From: Nanobdellota archaeon
Lineage (GTDB): Archaea > Nanobdellota > Nanobdellia > SCGC-AAA011-G17 > GW2011-AR17
Direction of reading: 5' to 3'
DNA: 57,385 bases
NCBI GenBank assembly: GCA_013329215.1
Contig: DUKS01000012.1
Coordinates: 1-57,385 of the forward strand
Positions 49,414 to 57,385 of this stretch are shown piece by piece (positions within the stretch are counted from its first letter, which is position 1; each line of letters begins with the position of its first letter). A program made the translations under genes and the position numbers. Under the pieces are notes generated by a model. It had not been told where the DNA came from, did no database searches, and saw only the letters and a program-made list of their open reading frames with translations.

Positions 49414-50211
49414 AATAGCTTCTGCTGCCCTGCATACATAGCTTTGCACTTTTTCCATGACCAGCCATTCCCTGTCTTCTGTCCTTAATCTGCCCTGCGC
49501 GTCTATGCAGAACGGCTCGCTTACCCTTTCATGGAGTTTCTGCATCTTTTCAAGCACATTGCCGCCTGAAAACCCGCCTGCAACCCCGATTCTTGTGTTT
49601 GGCAGTTTTTGCCCAAGTGCCAGCATCAGACCTGTGCATTGCCCTACATCAAACTCTTTTCCCTTGCCGCCTGAAGGGTCAACGAGCATATAGTCTGCAA
49701 ATCCTGCATATTCATTTGCTTTTGCAGCTATGGATTCTATGTCAAGGCCGCTGTTTTTTGTGTAAGCCTGCATTGCCCTTTGCGGAATCTGGAATATCAT
49801 AACCATTTCAGGCATTGCTTTTTTAATTGCCTCAACCTGCCTAAGCTCTGGCCAGTCCATGTTTATCTGCACTGCAGAGCAATGTTCCCCATACATCCTG
49901 CCGATTGAGAACAGCTCTGCCAGCTCATCAGCCAATTTGCCCCTGTTTTCGGTGGAGTAATGCATTACAGGCATGCATCCGCCCGGCACTCCCCTCAGCA
50001 GCGAAACAAGATTATCTGCAGAAGGGGACATTGTTCCTCCCTTTGCCCTGTCTGCAAGCCTTTTATTTGACGCGGCAATTCCGAACATAGGCTTGTATGC
50101 GCCAAGCCTGCTGTCCCTGCCCAAAAAGCCTTCGCATGCAAAGATTTGCCCTGCCTGCCTCACCTCGCCTATCGTCTTAAACCCTGTTATTCCAATGTAT
50201 GATTTGTTCAT
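49402..50211 (-). CDS. TIM-barrel protein resembling phosphoribosylanthranilate isomerase (TrpF-like)
   Basis: LVDPSGGKGKEFD and IGVAGGFSGGNV resemble the TrpF phosphate-binding blocks. No other trp genes are nearby. Confidence 0.45.
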   Translation of the reverse strand: MNKSYIGITGFKTIGEVRQAGQIFACEGFLGRDSRLGAYKPMFGIAASNKRLADRAKGGTMSPSADNLVSLLRGVPGGCMPVMHYSTENRGKLADELAELFSIGRMYGEHCSAVQINMDWPELRQVEAIKKAMPEMVMIFQIPQRAMQAYTKNSGLDIESIAAKANEYAGFADYMLVDPSGGKGKEFDVGQCTGLMLALGQKLPNTRIGVAGGFSGGNVLEKMQKLHERVSEPFCIDAQGRLRTEDREWLVMEKVQSYVCRAAEAIRGF

Positions 50212-50340
50212 TTTAGCCCTCCTTATTATTACGTGAAGGCAGAATGCATTAGTTAAACTTTTAGCTTATACTATATATATTAGTTAAATTCTATATATTT
50301 CAGGAAAACGTTTAAATAGTTGAATAGCGCCTCTTTTTCC

Positions 50341-51219
50341 ATGCAAAGGAAACTAATACAGCTCTCGCCTTCAACAGCAGTCGTGTCCATGCCATCTTCA
50401 TGGGTGAAAGCCAACAGGCTGAAGAAAGGGCAGCAGGTTTCTGTGGATGTGCAGGACAACAGAGTCGTGGTTGCAGCAGAAAGCAACAAGGCGGAAAATG
50501 AAGTTAAGCTTGACATCTCAAAGCTGGAAGGCAAGCTTGTCTGGATTGCAATAGACGCTGCGTACATTGCAGGGCACGATTCAATCATTATCAGCACCAA
50601 GGACGCTGCGCAGGCTGCATTGATGGGAAAAGTGGTAAGGTACTTTCCCGGCATGATGATTTTTGACGAAAGAAAGAATATGGTGCATTTCAAGTCCATT
50701 GCAGGGCAGGACAGGGAAGACGTCGGAAAAATTCTTAGCAGGATATTCAACCTGGACATATCAATGGCGGAAGACGCAGCCGGCATGATAAAATCAAGGG
50801 ACTACAGTAGCCTTGCCGGCATGAAAAAAAGGGATTATGCAATAAACAGCTACATAAGCTACTGCAACAGGCAGATAAACAAGTTTGGCTTTTCGCCATT
50901 CTCAAAAACAGGCGTTATGCACACCTACCTGAAATTATTGGAAATGCTCGCTGATGCAATGTCTGCGCTTTTTGTTGAGATTGGTGAGAATAAGGCAGGC
51001 ATTGGAACAGAGCCGGTTAATATGCTCGCAGAGCTGCTTAAGCACCTGCAGGCAATGCATGCAAGCTTCAGCAATGAAAAGCTAATCCTGTCTGAAGAGA
51101 AAAGGCAGGCTGCGCTGAAAAAAGCAAAAAGCATGCCTTCAGTTGTGCGCCACCCATACAGCAGGGTTATGGAACTTTTCTTTGACCTGGAAGAGCTTGA
51201 GCTGCAGATGAACGGCTGA
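50341..51219 (+). CDS. AbrB/SpoVT-domain plus PhoU-like regulator (archaeal phosphate-uptake-regulator type)
   Basis: MQRKLIQLSPSTAVVSMPSSWVKANRLKKGQQVSV (SpoVT-AbrB) followed by a helical PhoU-like region. TTTAAATA lies ~25 nt upstream (leaderless). Confidence 0.6.
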   Translation: MQRKLIQLSPSTAVVSMPSSWVKANRLKKGQQVSVDVQDNRVVVAAESNKAENEVKLDISKLEGKLVWIAIDAAYIAGHDSIIISTKDAAQAALMGKVVRYFPGMMIFDERKNMVHFKSIAGQDREDVGKILSRIFNLDISMAEDAAGMIKSRDYSSLAGMKKRDYAINSYISYCNRQINKFGFSPFSKTGVMHTYLKLLEMLADAMSALFVEIGENKAGIGTEPVNMLAELLKHLQAMHASFSNEKLILSEEKRQAALKKAKSMPSVVRHPYSRVMELFFDLEELELQMNG

Positions 51220-51245
51220 GTTTCAGTAAGCTTTTTATAATCAGC

Positions 51246-52196
51246 ATGCTTTACTATTATATGCAGCCCATAAGAAAGATTGAGAAAGGCGAATCAGTTG
51301 AGGGCTATGCCAGCAATCTTGCATATTCTTTGTTCAAGGGCATTACAAGGGACACAGGCCTTCCTTATACGCATGACCATCTAGCAAGGCTTGCATTATT
51401 GATAGGAGACCTTGCGCTTCCCTCAAAATACCATGACGCGTTAATAGCAGCTGCATGGCTGCATGATTCGGCAGAAGACATAGAAGGCATAGGCGTGTTT
51501 GACCCGTTTGAAAAAGAGCCTGCACGGGAAAAAGGCGCTGTTTACCTTAACGACTTGCTTGAAAATGCAGGGGACACGGGAAAATACATCTGCTTCATTG
51601 TAAACCTGATGACGCACAGGAAAGGCATGCTTTACCAGTCATATGTTTACAAGATTTTCACGTTTCCGGAAAAGCCCGCACTGCGCGACCTGCACATACT
51701 CACAGGATTGCTTAAGATGGCTGACATAAGGCTGAACACAAATCCTGATGAGAAAAAGAATGTGAACAGCTGTGTTGAGGATTATTTTACATTAAGGAAC
51801 GCTGATGAAAAATCGCTTGCAGCATTCTACAGCAAGACAAAAGTGATAGACGCATTCAGGAAGAGCGGCGCAATGGTGTTTGACGTGGGCCTGTTTGTTG
51901 AGACGCTGCTTGAGGGGTTTAAGCAGAAGCAGAGGGCCATTGCAACAGACAATATCTGCCAGTACCTGCCCCTTGCAGAGCACAGGCTTCTGGTTGAAGT
52001 CGGCAAGAATAATGCACTGTTTGACTGGCAAAAGCTCAGGAAAATGCTGAAAAGCACGTATATTGATTCGTTGAGATGCTATCCGGGAAGCCTGTATGAT
52101 GTCAAGAGAATGGGCATCAACCGCAAGGCTCCTAAGATTTCAGGCTATACGCCCCTCCTGAAAGAGATAAGGCTGGAAGCTGCAAAAGCGGAATAG
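51246..52196 (+). CDS. HD-domain protein (RelA/SpoT-hydrolase-like HD_4 type)
   Basis: AAWLHDSAEDIEG resembles the (p)ppGpp-hydrolase HD motif. The start could be ATG 51261. Confidence 0.45.
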   Translation: MLYYYMQPIRKIEKGESVEGYASNLAYSLFKGITRDTGLPYTHDHLARLALLIGDLALPSKYHDALIAAAWLHDSAEDIEGIGVFDPFEKEPAREKGAVYLNDLLENAGDTGKYICFIVNLMTHRKGMLYQSYVYKIFTFPEKPALRDLHILTGLLKMADIRLNTNPDEKKNVNSCVEDYFTLRNADEKSLAAFYSKTKVIDAFRKSGAMVFDVGLFVETLLEGFKQKQRAIATDNICQYLPLAEHRLLVEVGKNNALFDWQKLRKMLKSTYIDSLRCYPGSLYDVKRMGINRKAPKISGYTPLLKEIRLEAAKAE

Positions 52197-52462
52197 AAAG
52201 CCGCAGGGGAAACCCCTGAACCCCTTTCACAGATTTATTGACGGAAAATAAAACTGCTTTCCGGCAATGCTGAAAATTCTTATGCCTTTTGGCGAGTATT
52301 TTTAAACCATTTTCAGCGCACCTGCCGGGATTTCCGGATTGTTTGAAAGATTTGCGAAATTTTTCCAGCAATACTTATCAATAAGCGTGGATAAGCTACA
52401 TTAATGCAGATAGCATATGCCCGCAAGGTTTATATACCAATAATGGATAATATTATCTGAAA

Positions 52463-53029
52463 ATGGATAATAAGATGACAATAATAAACTATCTAGGAAA
52501 GAACAAAGGAAAGCGGCCGACAATGAATGCATTGAGCAAGGCAGTGAAAGTCCCATATGCCACATTCCACAGACTGATTAGCCATATGAAAGGGCTTGTA
52601 GTGCTTGATACAATTGGCAAGGCGAAGGTGGTTTCGCTCAATACTGGAAACCCTGCCATAAAATCATACCTTTCGGTAAGCTCTGAAGAGGAAAAAAATG
52701 ATTTCCTTGAGAGGCAGCCAATAATACGGAAGATTGCATCAGAGCTTGATACAAAAGATATTGTATTGCTCTTTGGCAGCTATGCAAAAGGCAAGGAAAA
52801 GGAAAGATCGGACATAGACATAATGGTTGTCAATACCAAAGGGGAAAGAAGCATTTCATTCTCAAAGTATGAAGTGATGTTCAGGAAAAAAATCAATGCG
52901 CTGTTTGTTGCAAAACCAGAATTAAGGCAAATGCTCAGGGAAGAAGGGGAAAATGTGGGGAAGCAGGCGCTTGAAAGCCATATCCTGCTTAACAATTCAG
53001 AAGGGTTTTGGGAGTGTGTGTATGGATGA
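52463..53029 (+). CDS. Winged-helix plus minimal nucleotidyltransferase (MNT) protein
   Basis: LLFGSYAKGKEKERSDIDIMVV. N-terminal wHTH-like segment. TATA ~27 nt upstream. Confidence 0.7.
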   Translation: MDNKMTIINYLGKNKGKRPTMNALSKAVKVPYATFHRLISHMKGLVVLDTIGKAKVVSLNTGNPAIKSYLSVSSEEEKNDFLERQPIIRKIASELDTKDIVLLFGSYAKGKEKERSDIDIMVVNTKGERSISFSKYEVMFRKKINALFVAKPELRQMLREEGENVGKQALESHILLNNSEGFWECVYG

Positions 53030-53537
53030 GTATAAGGAATTCTTCAGCGAAATGCTGGGAAAACAGCTTATAACAAAATCAGATTCCCTCTTCAAGATAA
53101 AGCTTTTTCTTAAGAAAGGCGAGAACAGCCTTTTAATAGCGAAGCATAACAAAGATATAAAACCGAATAAAGGGGAAGCGGGCAAGATTTACTGGAATTA
53201 CTGGGCAATAATCATCTCTTATTATTCAATGCTTTACTGCGCAAAAGCGCTGATTCTTTCAAAAGGGTATGAAGTGCATACGCATGACGCATGCCAAGCT
53301 GCATTGGGCTATCTGTGCGTGCCGAATGAGATGGAAGAAGAGGATTTGGAAATGCTGAACCAGTCATACAAGATATTCGAGGATGAATACGTGAAGTATT
53401 TTGAGGATGCAAAAGCGGAAAGTAGGATTGCAAGGTATTCGGCCATAAAGGCTTACAGCGAAAGAAGGCTTGATGAAATCTTTGAGAATGCAAGGAAGTT
53501 TGTGGCGAAAGTGGCTTTGGTTTTGCAAGAGTATTGA
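53022..53537 (+). CDS. HEPN-domain protein (partner of the MNT)
   Basis: SYYSMLYCAKALILSKGYEVHTHDACQAAL is typical of archaeal HEPN partners. 8-nt overlap with the MNT gene. Confidence 0.6.
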   Translation: MDEYKEFFSEMLGKQLITKSDSLFKIKLFLKKGENSLLIAKHNKDIKPNKGEAGKIYWNYWAIIISYYSMLYCAKALILSKGYEVHTHDACQAALGYLCVPNEMEEEDLEMLNQSYKIFEDEYVKYFEDAKAESRIARYSAIKAYSERRLDEIFENARKFVAKVALVLQEY

Positions 53538-53540
53538 GAG

Positions 53541-54146
53541 CTACTTCAATACATAAAACTTCTCAGAAAAAGGAGCCCAAACTGAAGAATCCTTTGTTTT
53601 CGTGAATTCTGCAATAGTCGCTGCGCATTCAAACGGGCTTTTTTGCTCTGTATGAACTTCAATATCATATATTTTTCCTTCATGCACGTGCGGGAACTGC
53701 ATTTCGGCTATACCTACAGCCCTGTCTCTTCTTGCTATCTCCCTTCGCTTCAGGGTTTCAAGCGGGCAGTGCACGCCTACAAATAATATATCAAAAGGTG
53801 CCAGCGTTGTTACGCAATCATCAATTATTGGCTGCCACCATAGCACGTGATCCAGAATATAATTCAATCCGTGTCTAATGCCGGTTGAAATTGAAGAATG
53901 ATAACCGCTTATGACTTCTGTCGCCAACTTTTTTGATTTTCGTATCACCTCTTCATTGTCGGCGCCTAATATTCTGGTCAATCCTCTAAGGTGCTCAATG
54001 CGTTCCGCATTTTGTTTCGCCCAATTATCGCTATAGTTATCCACAGAAGTATAAGTGTATGAAGGCAAAAGCATCTCCAGCTCCCTTGCTATTGAAGTCT
54101 TGCCTGAGCTTGATGTTCCGTTCAGCAGGATTGAGGGCTTTCCCAT
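53541..54146 (-). CDS. P-loop kinase, chloramphenicol-phosphotransferase-like (CPT family)
   Basis: ILLNGTSSSGKTSIARELE Walker A. ~200-aa size. Confidence 0.55.
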   Translation of the reverse strand: MGKPSILLNGTSSSGKTSIARELEMLLPSYTYTSVDNYSDNWAKQNAERIEHLRGLTRILGADNEEVIRKSKKLATEVISGYHSSISTGIRHGLNYILDHVLWWQPIIDDCVTTLAPFDILFVGVHCPLETLKRREIARRDRAVGIAEMQFPHVHEGKIYDIEVHTEQKSPFECAATIAEFTKTKDSSVWAPFSEKFYVLK

Positions 54147-54199
54147 AAGAAATAGCTCAAAAATAGGGCTATATAAAGATTAGCTATTTGAGTTCAAAA

Positions 54200-54541
54200 T
54201 TAGGTTTTCTCAGCTTCCCGCTCTGCATGCCGCTTGTTCAGCTTCTCAATCTTAGCTTCAAGCGCCGTTTCTATGTCCACGTTTAATGTCTTTGCAAGAA
54301 GAAGCGTTGTTATGAGCACATCTGCAAATTCCCCCTGCAGGCTTTCTGCTGAATGATTGTCCAGCTTGCTCTTCCTCTGCACTGCATTATGCGCAAGAAC
54401 CTCATTTGACAGCTCGCCAAGCTCTTCTGCAAGCTTTACAGTCCTTGAAAGGATGCGCTTTTCCTCATCAGTATAATTATAATATGTCTTTAGCCTTCCA
54501 TCCTGCATCTCTATGAATTTTAGAAGCTGTTTTAGTTCCAT
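54200..54541 (-). CDS. MazG-like nucleotide pyrophosphohydrolase
   Basis: KLAEELGELSNEV ... EFADVLITTLLLAK (EExxE / ExxD helices). Confidence 0.65.
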   Translation of the reverse strand: MELKQLLKFIEMQDGRLKTYYNYTDEEKRILSRTVKLAEELGELSNEVLAHNAVQRKSKLDNHSAESLQGEFADVLITTLLLAKTLNVDIETALEAKIEKLNKRHAEREAEKT

Positions 54542-54542
54542 T

Positions 54543-55298
54543 TTACTTCACTTCAAAGCCCTTCAAATACTCTTCTTCCATGAAGTGGAGCTTGCCGGGG
54601 ACAATTAAACACTGCGGGAACTTGCTGAGCTTTTCCTTTATTATTTGCTTTGCAGTTGCGTATACGATTTCCTCGTCTTCAAACCCCAATCTTGCGCACG
54701 CAACGCACATTGTCTCTTCTGTGAAGAATTTCTCCTTTCTTTTTTCCTCAACCTTCAAAAGAAAATCAACTGCCTCTTTCGCAGACATTGTCTTGTTCTC
54801 TTCTACTTTCAAATCCAAAAGAAATAAAGTGTGCATTCCTGCATTTTCCTTCAGAACATCATAAGGCGCCTCAATATCCTTGTTTTCAAACGGTATTGAA
54901 GTTATCTTGCCGAACTTGTATAATGACAATCCGGTGTCTCCCACTGCTGTAAGGATTGATGCGTTATGTATCAGATAGAGCTTGATGCCTGCTTTTCTCG
55001 CCCTTAAAGCCAAATCAACGTGAGTTGTTGCTGAAAACACGTCTCCTACAACCAGAAAAGCAACATCATTCTCAACAGCTTTCTTCAGTATTTCCTCTTC
55101 TGCCTGCTTTTCAACAATATCCCTTGTTGCAGGTATTAGTTTCTTGCCGTAAAAGTCCTCTAATTTCTTGATTTCAGCTGGAAGTATTGAAGTGTAAGTA
55201 TCTATGTAGACGAAGTTGCAGTTCCTTACTGCTTCCAGCCCTTTTTCAGTTATGTCCTTCTCAGAGCCCAGCCCTAATCCTATTATGTATAAAGCCAT
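54543..55298 (-). CDS. dph5: Diphthine synthase
   Basis: MALYIIGLGLG..DITEKGLEAVRNCNFVYIDTYTS, FLVVGDVFSATTH, class III tetrapyrrole-methylase fold. Archaea/eukaryote-specific enzyme. Confidence 0.85.
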   Translation of the reverse strand: MALYIIGLGLGSEKDITEKGLEAVRNCNFVYIDTYTSILPAEIKKLEDFYGKKLIPATRDIVEKQAEEEILKKAVENDVAFLVVGDVFSATTHVDLALRARKAGIKLYLIHNASILTAVGDTGLSLYKFGKITSIPFENKDIEAPYDVLKENAGMHTLFLLDLKVEENKTMSAKEAVDFLLKVEEKRKEKFFTEETMCVACARLGFEDEEIVYATAKQIIKEKLSKFPQCLIVPGKLHFMEEEYLKGFEVK

Positions 55299-55316
55299 GG
55301 GTTTAGATGGTAGAGT

Positions 55317-55330
55317 GAGGGTTTATATAG
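55317..55330 (-). promoter_or_regulatory. BRE/TATA of dph5 (14 nt identical to the SRP RNA promoter)
   Basis: Minus-sense CTATATAAACCCTC, ~25-30 nt upstream of ATG 55298. Confidence 0.55.
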
Positions 55331-55386
55331 CTTTCTGCATAGTGCAGGAAGATTCGAACGTGCTGAGAAATGTTTTGGAGGTGGAG

Positions 55387-55420
55387 AAAGCCCCTAAGGG
55401 GAAACCCCTTAGAAACCCCT
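55387..55420. repeat. 34-nt hairpin repeat, copy B
   Basis: AAAGCCCCTAAGGGGAAACCCCTTAGAAACCCCT. Perfect 8-bp stem CTAAGGGG-AAA-CCCCTTAG. Intergenic, ~80 nt downstream of the GNAT gene stop. Confidence 0.9.
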
Positions 55421-55499
55421 TACGGGCGGAAGTGATAATTGCTCTCCAGAATCTCTTTTCACATAAGGCTATTTGGCAGAATATTGCCTTGCACCCGCA

Positions 55500-55949
55500 T
55501 TACAGCTTTTTCTCTAAAATTACAGCGGAGCCTGCATCTTTAATTTGCTTATATCCCAGTTTCAAATAAAGCTTTCTGGCGATATTATCTTTGAAAACTT
55601 TAAGCCTGATTTTTCTTAGCTTATATTTTTTGGTGTCTCTTTCCATCAGATACATTAAAAAAGTGCCAAGCCCTTTTCCTTGCATGGATGTAGAGACTTG
55701 GACATTATGGATATAAGAAAAATTATCTTTAAATTCAAAGTCAAAGAAAGCAACTCTTTTTGCCCCATATTCAACAATCCTGATATTTTTCTTATGGAAA
55801 TTATCCTTGAACACCTTCGGGTTCCATTCGCCCCAATGCTTGACAAAAAGGGCGTACATATTTTTTTTGGATAAGGTATAGACAAACCCATAATCTTTAT
55901 CCTCGCAATTCCTGATTTTGAATTTATAATTCTTAATATTGGCAATCAT
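55500..55949 (-). CDS. GNAT-family N-acetyltransferase
   Basis: VQVSTSMQGKGLGTFLM ... ARKLYLKLGY. Confidence 0.7.
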   Translation of the reverse strand: MIANIKNYKFKIRNCEDKDYGFVYTLSKKNMYALFVKHWGEWNPKVFKDNFHKKNIRIVEYGAKRVAFFDFEFKDNFSYIHNVQVSTSMQGKGLGTFLMYLMERDTKKYKLRKIRLKVFKDNIARKLYLKLGYKQIKDAGSAVILEKKL

Positions 55950-56312
55950 AAGAATATAAGAAACTCGAGCATATAAAAAGTTGTCGGCGCCTGCGCCCTA
56001 CTTCTCCGCTTCTCGCTCTGCGGGGATGCAGTATTCATCACAATGCCCATACACCCCAACCAACAGTTTCACGCCGGAGACCCGCCTTTGATTCTAATTA
56101 TCTTTGTTCAGTTAGCCAGCTTTGACGATACAAACCCAAAACTGCCTTCCGGAGACATTGAAAATTCAGATGCAGTCTGCCCTTTTTTGCCTATTTTTTC
56201 CGGCGCGCCCATCCGGTTTTTCAACACCTGCCGGAAATCCTGCGGATTTTGAGCCGAAGAGTTTATATTCGAAAACCCCCAGTTTTCGGATATCCAAAAA
56301 CGCACGGCGTTT

Positions 56313-57359
56313 TTGAATATGAATAAGAAACAACGAGCCACGCTTATGCAAAAAGAAGGGTATAACAGGCTGGTATCAGACATAGGAAGCCTGCTTGAAC
56401 AAGGAAGAAGGCAGGCAGTCTCGGCTCTAAACACAGCTATAACATTAACTTATTGGCACATAGGAAAAAGGGTTGTTGAATTTGAGCAGAAAGGAAAGAC
56501 AAAGGCAGAATATGGCACCAAACTGATAGAAATGCTTTCTAATGACCTTAAACAAAAATATGGCAGGGGATTTTCTGTAGATAATCTTGAGAATATGAGG
56601 CGATTCTATATTCTTTTCAAGAATTCCGAGACACTGTCTCGGAAATTGTCCTGGAGCCATTATGTAGCGCTGCTTAAGGTAAATAATGAGCCCGCACTGC
56701 AATTTTATTTAACTCATGCTGAAACGGAAAACTGGGGTACAAGAGAACTCGACAGGAATATAAACTCCTTGCTTTATGAGCGGACTGCTTTAAGCAAAGA
56801 CAAAAAAGCAGTTCTTGCAAAGGCAAGAGGCACAGCTCCAACTCCGGAAGAGGAAGTAAAAGACCCTTACGTGCTTGAATTCCTGAATCTCAAGGAAGAA
56901 AAAGAATATTCAGAAAGCCAGATAGAGCAGGCATTAATTGATAATTTGCAGGAATTCATGCTTGAGCTTGGCAGGGGATTTGCTTTTATAGCAAGGCAAA
57001 AAAGGATTTCCATCAATAATGAGCATTATTATGCTGATTTGGTGCTATACAACCGCATATTGAAATGCCTTGTAATAATAGACGTGAAAAGCGGAAAATT
57101 CACGCATGCTGATGCAGGGCAGATGAATTTTTATGTCAATTACTTCAGGGAAAATGAAATGATGGAAGGGGAAAATGAGCCCATAGGCATTGTGCTTTGC
57201 ACTGACAAGGACAATACATTTGTAAAATATGCGCTTGGCGGCATGAGCAACAGGATATTCGCGTCAAAATACCGGCTCAGCCTGCCTTCTCCTGAAGACT
57301 GGAAGAAGGTAGTTGAGAAAGCAAGAGATTCATGCAAACGAAAATTAATAAAAGAATGA
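56313..57359 (+). CDS. YhcG/DUF1016-family PDDEXK nuclease-like protein
   Basis: YWHIGKRVVEFEQ, GRGFSVDNLENMRRFY, LSWSHY, DPYVLEFLNL, and the C-terminal nuclease core ADLVLYNRILKCLVIIDVKSGK. Confidence 0.75.
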   Translation: MNMNKKQRATLMQKEGYNRLVSDIGSLLEQGRRQAVSALNTAITLTYWHIGKRVVEFEQKGKTKAEYGTKLIEMLSNDLKQKYGRGFSVDNLENMRRFYILFKNSETLSRKLSWSHYVALLKVNNEPALQFYLTHAETENWGTRELDRNINSLLYERTALSKDKKAVLAKARGTAPTPEEEVKDPYVLEFLNLKEEKEYSESQIEQALIDNLQEFMLELGRGFAFIARQKRISINNEHYYADLVLYNRILKCLVIIDVKSGKFTHADAGQMNFYVNYFRENEMMEGENEPIGIVLCTDKDNTFVKYALGGMSNRIFASKYRLSLPSPEDWKKVVEKARDSCKRKLIKE

Positions 57360-57385
57360 ATGCCGGAGGCCTGCCTTCTGCCATC

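Noticed and set aside
1-57385. CRISPR arrays, rRNA genes, transposases/integrases and prophage structural genes
   Set aside because: No regularly spaced direct repeats, no rRNA-like conserved blocks, and no DDE, tyrosine or serine recombinase motifs were seen in any frame. The accessory-looking regions therefore cannot be called mobile elements from this window alone.

Overview
This 57.4-kb window looks like an archaeal chromosome segment, probably from a small-genome or uncultivated (DPANN-like) lineage. All calls rest on motif reading of the supplied ORF track; no homology search was run.

Archaeal markers:
- RFC small and large subunits, with a LAGLIDADG intein in the small subunit
- diphthine synthase, TrmY and a PAC2 proteasome chaperone
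- an archaeal-size SRP RNA
- class III (pilin-type) signal peptides
- TATA boxes about 25-30 nt upstream of many ATGs (leaderless style), with SD-like sites inside operons

The window is densely coding, with about 75 CDS, one tRNA-Pro(GGG) and one SRP RNA. I saw no rRNA, CRISPR array, transposase or integrase.

Ordinary content:
- a ROK kinase / 6-phosphogluconate dehydrogenase operon
- a lipA-E1alpha-E1beta-E2-lplA 2-oxoacid dehydrogenase operon
- SOD, rubrerythrin, LutAB-like proteins and a PQQ sugar dehydrogenase

Most interesting:
1. A tightly overlapping six-gene minus-strand operon at 41134-46887. It encodes a single-chain tandem (inactive plus active) E1/ThiF-like enzyme, a JAB/MPN metalloprotease with a complete JAMM motif, and a 332-aa protein with an E2-like HP[NS]...C signature. 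It also holds an unknown 141-aa protein, an AsnC-type regulator and a membrane protein. This looks like a ubiquitin-type conjugation or defence module with no recognisable ubiquitin-like gene, and I do not recognise the combination.
2. A full-length bacterial-type sigma-70 factor in this archaeal context, plus a possible GHKL (anti-sigma-kinase-like) protein 7 kb away.
3. Two clusters of type IV pilin-like proteins. One is a 604-aa protein with five tandem six-cysteine C..C..C..C..CC modules with beta-defensin-like spacing.
4. Several regulatory repeat architectures. One is four TGTTAA-N3-TTAACA palindromes in a 57-bp tandem unit. Another is a duplicated TATA-plus-34-nt-hairpin module bracketing a 6-kb accessory-looking segment.
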